Below are positions 39,082-48,803 of a stretch of DNA of 52,393 nucleotides, in pieces (within the stretch, counting starts at the first letter, position 1; each line of letters starts with the position of its first letter). This stretch comes from a virus. Taxonomy: Duplodnaviria; Caudoviricetes. The translations under genes were made by a program, and so were the position numbers. The stretch lies in IMG/VR virus record IMGVR_UViG_3300035228_000496, positions 1-52,393 of that record. One strand, given 5' to 3'. Under the pieces are notes generated by a model. It worked only from the letters and a program-made list of their open reading frames with translations. It searched no databases and had not been told where the DNA came from.

Positions 39082-41102
39082 TGGCAAAGAAATCTTGCAA
39101 GAAAGGATATTACTATTGTAATACTGCTAAAAAATGTAAGAAGATTCCTAAGGGTTGGCATATAATGTCATCTACTGGATATTTGATGCGTGATAATGAT
39201 CATAAGGACGACCACAAGGACGACACTGAGGGTAAGAAGAGTAATGGCAATGGCAATGGTTCAAGTGGCAATGGAAATGGGAATGGGGGGTCTGATGGGG
39301 GTTCTGATGGCGGAGGAGTATCAGAATCGAAAGACCATGAAGTTGCGATGGCACAAAGCCAACTTGAAAAGTCAGCAAGAAACATCGCAAAGTTGAGAAA
39401 GGCATTAGGTAAGAAAGAAAAAAATATTCCTGCCTGGATGCAAGCAAAGATTACTGATACCGCACACGACACTGATGCCGCTGCTGGTTACGCAGATAAA
39501 ATGGATGAAGAAGTCATTGCAGAAAAACGCGACGGTAAGTCTGCTAAGTCCAAAGGTTACTCTCTCCGCGACTGGTTTAAGGGTGGTGGTTGGGTTCAAG
39601 CAGGTGGTAAGTACGATGGAAAACCATGTGCCAAACAACCAGGGCAAAAAACTAAACCATTTTGCCGTGATGCTGATGATCGAGCCAACATGAGCAAGAA
39701 AGAGAGAAGCAGAAGAGCGGCAAAGAAACGTAAAGAAGATCCAAACGCAAATAGGAAAGGTAAAGCAAACATGGTATCAGCATCTTATTCAAATTGGAAA
39801 CAAGACTTAAATCAACTAGATGAAATTGCTCCCGCTATTGCTGCTGGTGCTGCACTTGGTATTGGTGCCGGTGGAATGTATATGATCAATAAATTAAGAC
39901 AGCAAAAGAAAAAGTCTGATGAGGGACGAGGTGATGGTGGTCTAGTTGATAGACTCAATAAGCGTAAACAGATGCTACAGCAACTTGGAAACTCATTCGC
40001 ACCAGAAGGTGAAGTTGTTACCGAACGCGATGCTTGGGGTACAGGTCCTAGGGATTTTATTAAGATGGGTGGTAAGGGAGGTTTGAAGAATCCGCAGGAT
40101 CTTGAAAGAGAAAGACTGCAGAGATTAAAGAATTTGAAACCAGGAGTTAAATTAGATAAAGCACATTATGAACCAGAAGGTGAAATAGTTGATGAAGGTA
40201 AGAAAGATGCCTGCTACCATAAAGTCAAGTCCCGTTATTCTGTCTGGCCAAGTGCATATGCATCAGGTGCTCTAGTTAAGTGCCGTAAAAAAGGTGCTGC
40301 TAATTGGGGCAACAAGACCAAAAAAGAAAGTTATGAGATCTCCAACTGGAGAGATGATTTTCAGGCACTTGAATATGAGTCTATAGATATTATTAAAGCA
40401 GAACCACTGAAACCAACTAATGGTATCGACAGTAGAATGGTGGATGAATCAAGTTTAAGAAAACCTGTACCAATGCCTGAGTACAAACCAAAAGGTACTA
40501 AAAAACCTGTACCAATGCCTAAGTACAAACTAAAAGGTACTGAAAAACCTGTACCAATGCCCAACTATCCTTTACCTTTAAATCAATCTTTTGAGCAAGA
40601 TGGTGAAGTACTTGATGAAGTAAAATCTAAACAAGATAAATTGAAAGAGATCTCAAAGCAGTTAGTAGGTGCTTCTAAGATGCACGCAAAGCAATCTAAA
40701 CAAGTTGCTAAAGTTGCTGCTAATCTTGATGAAAAGTGTTGGAAAGGATATAAGAAAAAGGGTATGAAGACAATGTTTGGAAAGAGATATCCAAATTGCG
40801 TGAAAGCACACTTCTCCGATTGGAGAGCGGATATGGAACTTCAGGAAGACTGGCAGAAGTCAAACCGTAAAGACGGTGTTGATGGTATGAGTCAGAAATC
40901 CGTAAATGCTTATAAGCGTGAAAATCCAGGTTCCAAGTTAAAGACTGCCGTAACTGGTAAAGTTAAAAAAGGAAGCAAGGATGCAAAGCGTCGTTCTTCT
41001 TATTGTAGTCGTTCTAAAGGTCAGATGAAGATGCATAATATTGATTGTTCAAAGACCCCAGAAAAGAAAATCTGTAAGGCACGTAAACGTTGGAGATGTT
41101 GA
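39081..41102 (+). CDS. Modular basic hypothetical protein (673 aa), probable internal head polyprotein
   Basis: Series of short Lys/Cys-rich modules separated by acidic linkers ending in [VIL]xE. Confidence 0.7.
   Translation: MAKKSCKKGYYYCNTAKKCKKIPKGWHIMSSTGYLMRDNDHKDDHKDDTEGKKSNGNGNGSSGNGNGNGGSDGGSDGGGVSESKDHEVAMAQSQLEKSARNIAKLRKALGKKEKNIPAWMQAKITDTAHDTDAAAGYADKMDEEVIAEKRDGKSAKSKGYSLRDWFKGGGWVQAGGKYDGKPCAKQPGQKTKPFCRDADDRANMSKKERSRRAAKKRKEDPNANRKGKANMVSASYSNWKQDLNQLDEIAPAIAAGAALGIGAGGMYMINKLRQQKKKSDEGRGDGGLVDRLNKRKQMLQQLGNSFAPEGEVVTERDAWGTGPRDFIKMGGKGGLKNPQDLERERLQRLKNLKPGVKLDKAHYEPEGEIVDEGKKDACYHKVKSRYSVWPSAYASGALVKCRKKGAANWGNKTKKESYEISNWRDDFQALEYESIDIIKAEPLKPTNGIDSRMVDESSLRKPVPMPEYKPKGTKKPVPMPKYKLKGTEKPVPMPNYPLPLNQSFEQDGEVLDEVKSKQDKLKEISKQLVGASKMHAKQSKQVAKVAANLDEKCWKGYKKKGMKTMFGKRYPNCVKAHFSDWRADMELQEDWQKSNRKDGVDGMSQKSVNAYKRENPGSKLKTAVTGKVKKGSKDAKRRSSYCSRSKGQMKMHNIDCSKTPEKKICKARKRWRC
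40461..40561 (+). repeat. 42-bp in-frame tandem repeat, ~2.4 copies (KPVPMPxYKxKGTx)
   Basis: AAACCTGTACCAATGCC starts at 40461, 40503 and 40545. Confidence 0.9.
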
Positions 41103-41116
41103 ATTAGGTTTTTATT

Positions 41117-42766
41117 ATGAATGAACAGTATCTTGGTAATCCAAATCTAAAAAAAGCAAATACGGCGGTCGAATTTAGCGAAGAGCAAATCATTGAATTT
41201 GTCAAGTGTAAAGAAGACCCCGTTTATTTTGCTAATAATTATATTAAAATCGTTTCTCTGGATGAGGGTCTAACACAATTCCATCCCTATGATTTTCAAG
41301 AGAAACTAATTCACAATTTTCATAATGAAAGATTTAACATCTGTAAGATGCCACGACAGACTGGTAAGTCTACGACTGTGGTATCTTATCTTCTTCACTA
41401 CGCAGTCTTTAACGATAGTGTTAATATTGGTATCCTTGCTAACAAGGCAGCAACCGCAAGAGAACTTCTCAGTAGGTTACAGACTGCATACGAGAACTTG
41501 CCTAAATGGATGCAACAGGGTATTATATCCTGGAACAAAGGATCCATGGAGTTAGAGAATGGCAGTAAGATATTGGCAGCTTCTACGTCTGCAAGTGCTG
41601 TCCGAGGCATGTCGTTCAACATTCTCTTCCTCGACGAATTCGCCTTCGTTCCAAACCATGTTGCAGACTCGTTCTTTGCATCTGTTTATCCTACTATTAC
41701 TTCTGGTAAAAACACCAAAGTAATTATTGTATCCACTCCACACGGTATGAATCATTTCTACCGTATGTGGCACGACTCCGAGAAAGGTAAAAATGAATAC
41801 ATTCCAACTGATGTTCATTGGTCCGAGGTTCCTGGAAGAGATGAAGTATGGAAAGAACAGACGATTGCTAACACATCTGAACAGCAATTCAAAGTCGAGT
41901 TCGAGTGTGAGTTTCTTGGTTCTGTCAATACCCTTATAAATCCATCAATTTTAAAGAATCTCATTTATGAAGATCCTATCCAAAGAAGTGCAGGTTTAGA
42001 TGTCTACGAGAAAGCGCAACCTGAACACAACTACCTTACTACTGTCGATGTTGCTCGTGGGTTGGGCAACGATTATTCTGCATTTATCGTTGTTGATATT
42101 ACAGAGTTTCCCTACAAGATAGTAGCGAAGTATAGAAATAATGAAATAAAACCGATGTTGTTTCCCAACATCATTCAACAAACAGCGAAGGCATATAATG
42201 ATGCTTGGGTACTAATAGAAGTCAATGATATTGGAGAGCAGGTAGCAAACATTCTCCATTATGACTTAGAGTATGAAAATATGTTGATGGCAGCGATGAG
42301 AGGTCGTGCAGGACAAGTTGTTGGGCACGGATTCTCCGGTAAAAAATCACAGATGGGTGTTAGAACAACGGCACAAGTTAAAAAACTTGGTTGTTCAAAC
42401 TTAAAAATGTTAATTGAAGATTTTAAGTTACTAACATTAGATTATGAGATAATTTCCGAACTGACTACTTTTGCTCAGAGACATAATTCTTTTGAAGCAG
42501 AAGAAGGTTGTAATGATGACCTTGCAATGTGTCTTGTCATCTTTGCTTGGTTGGTAGCACAAGACTACTTTAAGGAAATGACTGATAATGATATTCGTAA
42601 GAGAATATATGAAGAACAGAAAAATCAGATCGATCAAGATATGGCACCATTTGGATTCTTAGATGATGGCATCAATGATATGACAGGATCATTTACAGAT
42701 AAAGATGGTGACCGTTGGCATACTGATGAATATGGTGATCGAGCATATATGTGGGAATATAATTGA
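41117..42766 (+). CDS. gp17: Terminase large subunit gp17
   Basis: YLGNPNLKK, Walker A PRQTGKST, Walker B ILFLDEFAF, IIVSTPHG, nuclease VDVARG and DDLAM motifs. Confidence 0.97.
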   Translation: MNEQYLGNPNLKKANTAVEFSEEQIIEFVKCKEDPVYFANNYIKIVSLDEGLTQFHPYDFQEKLIHNFHNERFNICKMPRQTGKSTTVVSYLLHYAVFNDSVNIGILANKAATARELLSRLQTAYENLPKWMQQGIISWNKGSMELENGSKILAASTSASAVRGMSFNILFLDEFAFVPNHVADSFFASVYPTITSGKNTKVIIVSTPHGMNHFYRMWHDSEKGKNEYIPTDVHWSEVPGRDEVWKEQTIANTSEQQFKVEFECEFLGSVNTLINPSILKNLIYEDPIQRSAGLDVYEKAQPEHNYLTTVDVARGLGNDYSAFIVVDITEFPYKIVAKYRNNEIKPMLFPNIIQQTAKAYNDAWVLIEVNDIGEQVANILHYDLEYENMLMAAMRGRAGQVVGHGFSGKKSQMGVRTTAQVKKLGCSNLKMLIEDFKLLTLDYEIISELTTFAQRHNSFEAEEGCNDDLAMCLVIFAWLVAQDYFKEMTDNDIRKRIYEEQKNQIDQDMAPFGFLDDGINDMTGSFTDKDGDRWHTDEYGDRAYMWEYN

Positions 42767-42978
42767 TGGACTTAGATGATCAGTTAAAACTGGGACATCT
42801 TCTACTTTATGAGAGAAAATGTAGAATCTGTGGCAATACTAAAAATATGGTTGATGGATTTTATAGAACTAGAAAGGATAGAGGTCCAGTTGCATCATCA
42901 TACTCTTATGAATGTAAAGAGTGTACTAAGAAAAGAGTAAAAAAGAGTAATGATATGTGGGAATACCCAGATTGGTAG
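42766..42978 (+). CDS. Small zinc-ribbon protein (CxxC...CxxC), endonuclease N-terminal-like
   Basis: RKCRICG..K...FY.TRK......YECKEC; ATG 42766 overlaps the gp17 TGA. Confidence 0.7.
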   Translation: MDLDDQLKLGHLLLYERKCRICGNTKNMVDGFYRTRKDRGPVASSYSYECKECTKKRVKKSNDMWEYPDW

Positions 42979-43016
42979 GTTTCACGTCTGGATTCCCCAA
43001 TGAAAAGCACCTTTTT

Positions 43017-43024
43017 AATAAATA
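43017..43024 (+). promoter_or_regulatory. Late promoter
   Basis: AATAAATA upstream of gp18. Confidence 0.65.
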
Positions 43025-43058
43025 ATTCCAGGTAATTTGGACCAAGGAGAACAAAAAG

Positions 43059-45227
43059 ATGCCTCTAAACTTAGCATCTCCTGGAATTGTAGTAAGAGAA
43101 GTTGACTTAACTATTGGAAGAGTCGATCCAGTTTCTGGTTCGATTGGAGCGCAGTGTGCTCCTTTCGCTAAGGGACCTGTCGATCTTCCACAGTTTATTG
43201 AAAACGAGGATGACCTCTTAAACACTTTCGGCAGACCCTATTCAACAGATAAGCACTATGAGCATTGGATGGTGGCATCATCATTCTTGGCATATGGCGG
43301 CGTAATGCGTGTTTCAAGAGCAGACGATCAGATGCTGAAAAATGCATTTGTCGGCGCTGCCTCAAGCATTAAAATCAAGAGCACCGATCATTATGAGCAA
43401 CTCGGTTACGATGAAAATCCAATCACCAACGTAACTATTGCTGCAAGAAATCCAGGCACTTGGGCAAACGACATTAAAGTTGCCATCATCGATAGTAGAG
43501 CGGACCAGATTCTTACTGGTGTCTCTACAAGCGGCGTTACTGTTGGTTGTGGATTTACTGCTGCAGTTCCTGCTAATACGATTCTTGCTGGTGCAGGAAC
43601 AACTTCAGTTCTTGATGGATATATTCAAGGTGTTGTCACTGAAGTTGGATCTACTCAAGTATCAATTAAGGTTACTGAGCATGTAGCAATTTCAGGAACT
43701 AGAAGCAACGTTGATTATACCCAGAATGGCGTATATGCACTTCCACAAACTGGAAACGTTGCAATTCACACCGCTGGTACCGCAACAGCATTTGCTACAA
43801 GAGCATATACAGGTGAACTTGATTGGTTTGAAAATCAGGAAATCACACTTAGCGTTGGTAAACTTGAGTGGGATCAACTTTCCAACAGACCTGGAACATC
43901 AGACTTTGCTGCCTCTAGAGGAAGTAGATTTGATGAAGTTCATGTTGTTATCATCGATGACAAAGGAACAGTCACCGGAAATGCTGGTACGATTCTTGAG
44001 AAGCACCTTTCACTCTCTAAGGCAAAAGATGCTGAGTTCTCTGTAGGTTCTCCTTCTTATTGGAGAAAGTATCTCTACACTAATTCTGCATATATCTTTG
44101 GTGGATCTGCTCCTGTTGGAACAACCGCAATCGCACATAGCGATAATGGAAAATTACAATTAGAACTTGATGCTGACACTGGTTGGGATCAGAACGCAGA
44201 CAAAGTAAACTTTGGCGGTATTGGATCTCTCACACTAACTTTAGGCGGTGGTCTTAACTATCAAGGTAAGTCAGACCTCACCACATCTGGTGCTCTGTAT
44301 TCAGGTCTTGATGATATCATTAGTGGAATTGGCAAGTATGATAACACAGAAGAGTATGAAGTAGACTTCATCTTGATGGGTTCCGCTAACTATCCTAAGT
44401 CTCAAGCACAAGCACTTGCTAATAAGTGTATTGCAGTTGCTGAAGCAAGAAAGGATGCAGTTGCATTCATCTCCCCATACAGAGGAGCATTTATTAGTGA
44501 TAACTCTGTTGGTAGCGTAACTGTTGAGGACATTGATACTATTACCGATAATGTAATTAGTTTCTATTCCTCAGCAACTTCTACAACTTATGGAATCTTT
44601 GATAGTGGTTACAAATACATGTATGACCGCTTCAATGACACCTTCCGTTATGTTCCTCTGAATGGAGATATCGCTGGTACTTGTGCCAGAACTGATATTG
44701 AACAGTTCCCATGGTTCTCACCTGCTGGAACTTCTAGAGGTGCAATTCTTAATGCAGTTAAACTTGCATACAATCCTGGTAAGAAGCAGAGAGATCTTCT
44801 CTATTCCAGCAGAATCAACCCAGTTATCTTCTCCCCTGGAGCAGGAATTATCCTCTTCGGTGATAAGACTGGATTTGGTAAGTCCTCAGCGTTCGATAGA
44901 ATCAACGTCCGCCGCCTGTTCATCTTCCTGGAAGATGCAATCTCCGCTGCTGCTAAGGACTTCCTCTTCGAGTTCAACGATGAGATTACAAGAACTAACT
45001 TTGTAAACATCGTAGAACCATTCCTGCGCGACGTTCAATCTAAGCGTGGAATCTTCGATTATGTTGTCGTCTGTGATGAGACTAACAACACCGCTGCTGT
45101 CATTGATAGCAATGAGTTTGTTGCAGATATCTTCATCAAGCCAGCAAGATCAATCAACTTCATTGGACTGACCTTCATTGCCACCAGAACTGGTGTTGCC
45201 TTTGAAGAAGTAATCGGCTCCGTTTAA
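43059..45227 (+). CDS. gp18: Tail sheath protein gp18
   Basis: LASPGIVVREVDLT, PWFSPAG..RG, FDRINVRRLF, FVADIFIKPARSINFI. Confidence 0.97.
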   Translation: MPLNLASPGIVVREVDLTIGRVDPVSGSIGAQCAPFAKGPVDLPQFIENEDDLLNTFGRPYSTDKHYEHWMVASSFLAYGGVMRVSRADDQMLKNAFVGAASSIKIKSTDHYEQLGYDENPITNVTIAARNPGTWANDIKVAIIDSRADQILTGVSTSGVTVGCGFTAAVPANTILAGAGTTSVLDGYIQGVVTEVGSTQVSIKVTEHVAISGTRSNVDYTQNGVYALPQTGNVAIHTAGTATAFATRAYTGELDWFENQEITLSVGKLEWDQLSNRPGTSDFAASRGSRFDEVHVVIIDDKGTVTGNAGTILEKHLSLSKAKDAEFSVGSPSYWRKYLYTNSAYIFGGSAPVGTTAIAHSDNGKLQLELDADTGWDQNADKVNFGGIGSLTLTLGGGLNYQGKSDLTTSGALYSGLDDIISGIGKYDNTEEYEVDFILMGSANYPKSQAQALANKCIAVAEARKDAVAFISPYRGAFISDNSVGSVTVEDIDTITDNVISFYSSATSTTYGIFDSGYKYMYDRFNDTFRYVPLNGDIAGTCARTDIEQFPWFSPAGTSRGAILNAVKLAYNPGKKQRDLLYSSRINPVIFSPGAGIILFGDKTGFGKSSAFDRINVRRLFIFLEDAISAAAKDFLFEFNDEITRTNFVNIVEPFLRDVQSKRGIFDYVVVCDETNNTAAVIDSNEFVADIFIKPARSINFIGLTFIATRTGVAFEEVIGSV

Positions 45228-45248
45228 TTCAATTAGAGGTTAACTCAA

Positions 45249-45839
45249 ATGCCATCTAGAAAACAGATTAATCCACCCCCATTAAGGAAGATTACCGACT
45301 TCAAGAGTAAGTTAACGGGTGGTGGCGCTCGCGCCAACCTCTTTGAAGTCGTTCTTCAGTTCCCAGATCTGGCACAACCAGACTCTGCGACTCTTGAGAA
45401 ATCAAGATTCCTGGTCAAGGGTGCTAATATGCCAGCATCTAATATTGCACAGATCGAAGTACCTTTCAGAGGTCGTGTTCTAAAAATCGCAGGGGATAGA
45501 ACCTTCGATTCTTGGACTGTTACCGTTCTGAACGATACCGACTTTGCCATTCGTTCCGCTATGGAACGTTGGATGAACACCATCAACAGAGTATCTGATA
45601 ATACTGGTCTGGTCAATCCAGCAGATTATCAAGCAGATGCTTATGTTTATCAATTAGATCGTGACGGTTCTGTTCTCAGATCCTATCGTTTCTATGATGT
45701 ATTCCCAACTCAGGTAGCACCAATCGAACTCTCATATGATGCCCAAGGCATTCAAGAGTTCACTGTTGAACTTCAAGTTCAGTGGTGGGAAGCTTCTAAG
45801 GGCACTGGTTCAAATGCTGGTGGTGAAGACATCAACTAA
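45249..45839 (+). CDS. gp19: Tail tube protein gp19
   Basis: GGARANLFEV, PFRGRVLKIAGDRTFDSWTVTVLND, IQEFTVEL. Confidence 0.96.
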   Translation: MPSRKQINPPPLRKITDFKSKLTGGGARANLFEVVLQFPDLAQPDSATLEKSRFLVKGANMPASNIAQIEVPFRGRVLKIAGDRTFDSWTVTVLNDTDFAIRSAMERWMNTINRVSDNTGLVNPADYQADAYVYQLDRDGSVLRSYRFYDVFPTQVAPIELSYDAQGIQEFTVELQVQWWEASKGTGSNAGGEDIN

Positions 45840-45842
45840 ATA
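45835..45842 (+). promoter_or_regulatory. Late promoter (CTAAATA variant)
   Basis: ACTAAATA upstream of gp20. Confidence 0.6.
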
Positions 45843-45871
45843 GAAGAAGGAAAAGACTCATTTAACTTATT

Positions 45872-47593
45872 ATGGCCAAACTTTTTGGTTTTTCAATTGA
45901 CGGCGATCAGAATAAGTCATCTTCAATTGTCTCCCCCGTTCCTGAAACTAATCAGGACGGGGTTGATAATTATATCAGCAGTGGATTTTATGGTCAATAT
46001 GTTGATATTGAAGGTGTTTATAAAACAGAGCATGATTTAATAAAAAGATATAGAGAAATGTCTCTCCATCCAGAAGCGGATGGGGCGATTGAAGATGTCG
46101 TTAACGAAGCAATCGTTAGCGATCTTTATGATTCTCCTGTAGAGATTGAACTTTCTAATCTCAATGCAAGCGATAGTCTTAAGAAAAAGATTAGATCAGA
46201 ATTCAAGTATCTCAAAGAAATTTTAGACTTTGATAGAAAGTCTCATGAAATTTTCCGCAATTGGTATGTTGACGGAAGACTTTACTATCTGAAAGTTATC
46301 GACTTAAAAGCACCTCAAGAAGGTATTAAAGAATTAAGATATATTGATCCATTAAAAATTAAATATATCCGTCAGGAGAAAAAGGATCCTAACGGAAAAT
46401 ATGACAATGGTGTTATAAGGATTAATAAGGCGCAGGATATTCAGAAAGGAATGGAGTTTGATGAGTATTTCCAATATACTCCATCTCCAAATGCAACTTA
46501 TGGTTTGAATGCCATGAGTCGCGGAAGTTCTAAGTCAATTAAATTGGCAAAAGATGCAGTTACATATTGCACTTCTGGTTTAGTAGATAGAAACAAGAAT
46601 ACAGTTCTTTCATATCTTCATAAGGCAATCAAAGGTCTCAATCAGTTACGTATGATTGAAGACTCTCTTGTCATCTATAGAATATCAAGAGCACCAGAAC
46701 GTAGAATTTTCTACATTGATGTTGGCAATCTTCCTAAGGTAAAGGCAGAGCAATACCTCAAAGAGGTTATGTCTCGCTACAGAAATAAACTTGCATATAA
46801 TGCACAGACTGGTGAAGTCCGTGATGATCGTAAGTTTATGTCCATGATGGAGGACTTCTGGTTACCTCGCCGTGAAGGTGGTAGAGGAACTGAGATTACA
46901 ACCCTACCTGGTGGTCAGAATCTGGGAGAACTCTCGGATATTGAATATTTCCAGAAGAAACTCTACAGAGCACTTGGTGTTCCTGAATCCAGAATCGCTT
47001 CTGATGGTGGTTTTAACCTCGGTCGTTCTTCTGAGATTCTAAGAGATGAATTAAAGTTTGCTAAGTTTGTTGGTCGTCTAAGAAAGCGTTTTGCTCAATT
47101 GTTTAATGACATGCTTAAGACGCAATTGATTCTTAAGAATATCATTACTCCTGAAGATTGGGAGGTAATGAGAGATCATATTCAATATGATTTCTTATAC
47201 GATAACCAGTTTGCCGAACTCAAAGAGAAAGAACTTACTGAAGGTAGACTTACACTTCTTTCCCAAGTAGAACCATTCATTGGTAAGTACTACTCTACGG
47301 AATATGTAAGAAAGAGAATCCTTCGTCAAACTGATCAGGAAATTATTGAGATTGATAATCAAATTGAAGATGAGATCCAAAAAGGTATTATTCCAGATCC
47401 ATCAACTATTGATCCAATAACTGGACAACCATTACCTCAAGAGGGTGGTGAAGGTTCAGGAATGGAAGGTATGGGTGAAGATGCGATGGGAATGGGAGAA
47501 GTTCCTGCAGAACCTGATATGGAAGCAGCATCTGCTGCTGCCATGGCACTCGATACCAAGTATGAAAAGGATACCAGAAAGTCTGAGTTATAA
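45872..47593 (+). CDS. gp20: Portal vertex protein gp20
   Basis: YRISRAPERRIFYIDVGNLPK.KAEQY, MMEDFWLPRREGGRGTEITTLPGG. Confidence 0.98.
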   Translation: MAKLFGFSIDGDQNKSSSIVSPVPETNQDGVDNYISSGFYGQYVDIEGVYKTEHDLIKRYREMSLHPEADGAIEDVVNEAIVSDLYDSPVEIELSNLNASDSLKKKIRSEFKYLKEILDFDRKSHEIFRNWYVDGRLYYLKVIDLKAPQEGIKELRYIDPLKIKYIRQEKKDPNGKYDNGVIRINKAQDIQKGMEFDEYFQYTPSPNATYGLNAMSRGSSKSIKLAKDAVTYCTSGLVDRNKNTVLSYLHKAIKGLNQLRMIEDSLVIYRISRAPERRIFYIDVGNLPKVKAEQYLKEVMSRYRNKLAYNAQTGEVRDDRKFMSMMEDFWLPRREGGRGTEITTLPGGQNLGELSDIEYFQKKLYRALGVPESRIASDGGFNLGRSSEILRDELKFAKFVGRLRKRFAQLFNDMLKTQLILKNIITPEDWEVMRDHIQYDFLYDNQFAELKEKELTEGRLTLLSQVEPFIGKYYSTEYVRKRILRQTDQEIIEIDNQIEDEIQKGIIPDPSTIDPITGQPLPQEGGEGSGMEGMGEDAMGMGEVPAEPDMEAASAAAMALDTKYEKDTRKSEL

Positions 47594-47596
47594 ATA
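47589..47596 (+). promoter_or_regulatory. T4-type late promoter
   Basis: TATAAATA. Confidence 0.8.
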
Positions 47597-47620
47597 TATT
47601 ATATTACATATTGATTTTTC

Positions 47621-47866
47621 ATGGAAGATGTTGTCGATTTGATCGCTACTGATGCTTCGGCGTCTAATATTAGCGATAAAATGAAAGAACTTCTGTATGC
47701 AAAAGCAGCAGAAAGAGTTGACGTTGCAAGACCATATGTTGCCAATGCAATGTTTGGTCAAGAATTTGAATACCCTGAAGTTGAAGATGAAAATGATGAA
47801 ACTACTGATGAGGTAGTTGATGAACTTGAAACAGAAACTGATACAGAAGAGGAATCAGAAGAATGA
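47621..47866 (+). CDS. Small acidic prohead core protein (gp67-like by position)
   Basis: Helical N-terminus and very acidic tail; lies between gp20 and gp21. Confidence 0.65.
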   Translation: MEDVVDLIATDASASNISDKMKELLYAKAAERVDVARPYVANAMFGQEFEYPEVEDENDETTDEVVDELETETDTEEESEE

Positions 47867-48105
47867 TTGTCAAACCACTAGGAACTGAATCTGCTGTTAC
47901 CGATGCTGCTATCACTGCAGCTAGAGTAGTGCGTTTGGTGAATAGTCATGCTAGTAATAAGTCAACTATTGCTATTGCTAATAGTGTAGCAGTATCTCTC
48001 ACTCTGCTTCCTAATAGTAGTGAGATTGTAGAAAAGGATATTGGTGCCGCAGTAACTGCAACTGGTGGTACTGTAACCGGAGTCCCCGTCGCATTTAACA
48101 TCTAA
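47863..48105 (+). CDS. Small beta-rich hypothetical protein
   Basis: ORF overlaps the upstream stop; ARVVRLVN...SEIVEK motif. Confidence 0.7.
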   Translation: MIVKPLGTESAVTDAAITAARVVRLVNSHASNKSTIAIANSVAVSLTLLPNSSEIVEKDIGAAVTATGGTVTGVPVAFNI

Positions 48106-48106
48106 G

Positions 48107-48757
48107 ATGAAACTTATCACAGAAGAAGTAACAAACGTACAGGTTATTACCGAAGGTACCGGTACTAACAAGAAACTGTATATTGAAGGAACTTTCCTCC
48201 AAGGTGAGATCAAGAACCGTAATGGGAGAATGTATCCTATTACAACTCTTACCAAAGAAGTAAATCGCTATTGCGAAGCTTTCGTTAATAAGGGTCGTGC
48301 TCTTGGTGAACTCGGTCACCCCGAAGGTCCTACTGTGAATCTTGACCGCGTATCTCATAAGATTACTTCTCTGGTACAGGAAGGTAATAATTTTAAAGGA
48401 AAAGCACAAATCCTTTCCACCCCTATGGGTAAAATTACTTCTTCCCTTCTTGATGAAGGTGTAATGCTTGGCGTTTCTTCCCGTGGTGTTGGTTCACTCC
48501 AAACCACAAGTGAAGGATGTAAGATTGTTGGTGAAGATTTTCAGTTAGCAACTGCTGCTGATATCGTTGCTGATCCTTCTGCACCTGATGCTTTCGTTAA
48601 TGGAATTATGGAAGGAAAAGAGTGGGTATGGGACGGAGGAATCCTCCGTGAACAACTCGCTGAACAAACCAAGAAGAGAATTAATACTCTCGTTGGTCAA
48701 AGACAACTTGAGGAGAAAAAACTCCAGTTATGGACTAATTTCTTATCAAATCTTTGA
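48107..48757 (+). CDS. gp21: Prohead protease gp21
   Basis: MKLITEE, KNRNGRMYP, ALGELGHP, LGVSSRGVGS, DIVADPSAPDAFV. Confidence 0.97.
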   Translation: MKLITEEVTNVQVITEGTGTNKKLYIEGTFLQGEIKNRNGRMYPITTLTKEVNRYCEAFVNKGRALGELGHPEGPTVNLDRVSHKITSLVQEGNNFKGKAQILSTPMGKITSSLLDEGVMLGVSSRGVGSLQTTSEGCKIVGEDFQLATAADIVADPSAPDAFVNGIMEGKEWVWDGGILREQLAEQTKKRINTLVGQRQLEEKKLQLWTNFLSNL

Positions 48758-48759
48758 AT

Positions 48760-48767
48760 TATAAATA
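48760..48767 (+). promoter_or_regulatory. T4-type late promoter
   Basis: TATAAATA upstream of gp22. Confidence 0.8.
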
Positions 48768-48803
48768 AATATATGTAATTAAGTAATTAATCACATATTT
48801 CAA

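Noticed and set aside
41117-47593. Inteins or introns in terminase, sheath or portal
   Set aside because: Lengths are normal, motifs are contiguous, and no C…HN intein ends were seen
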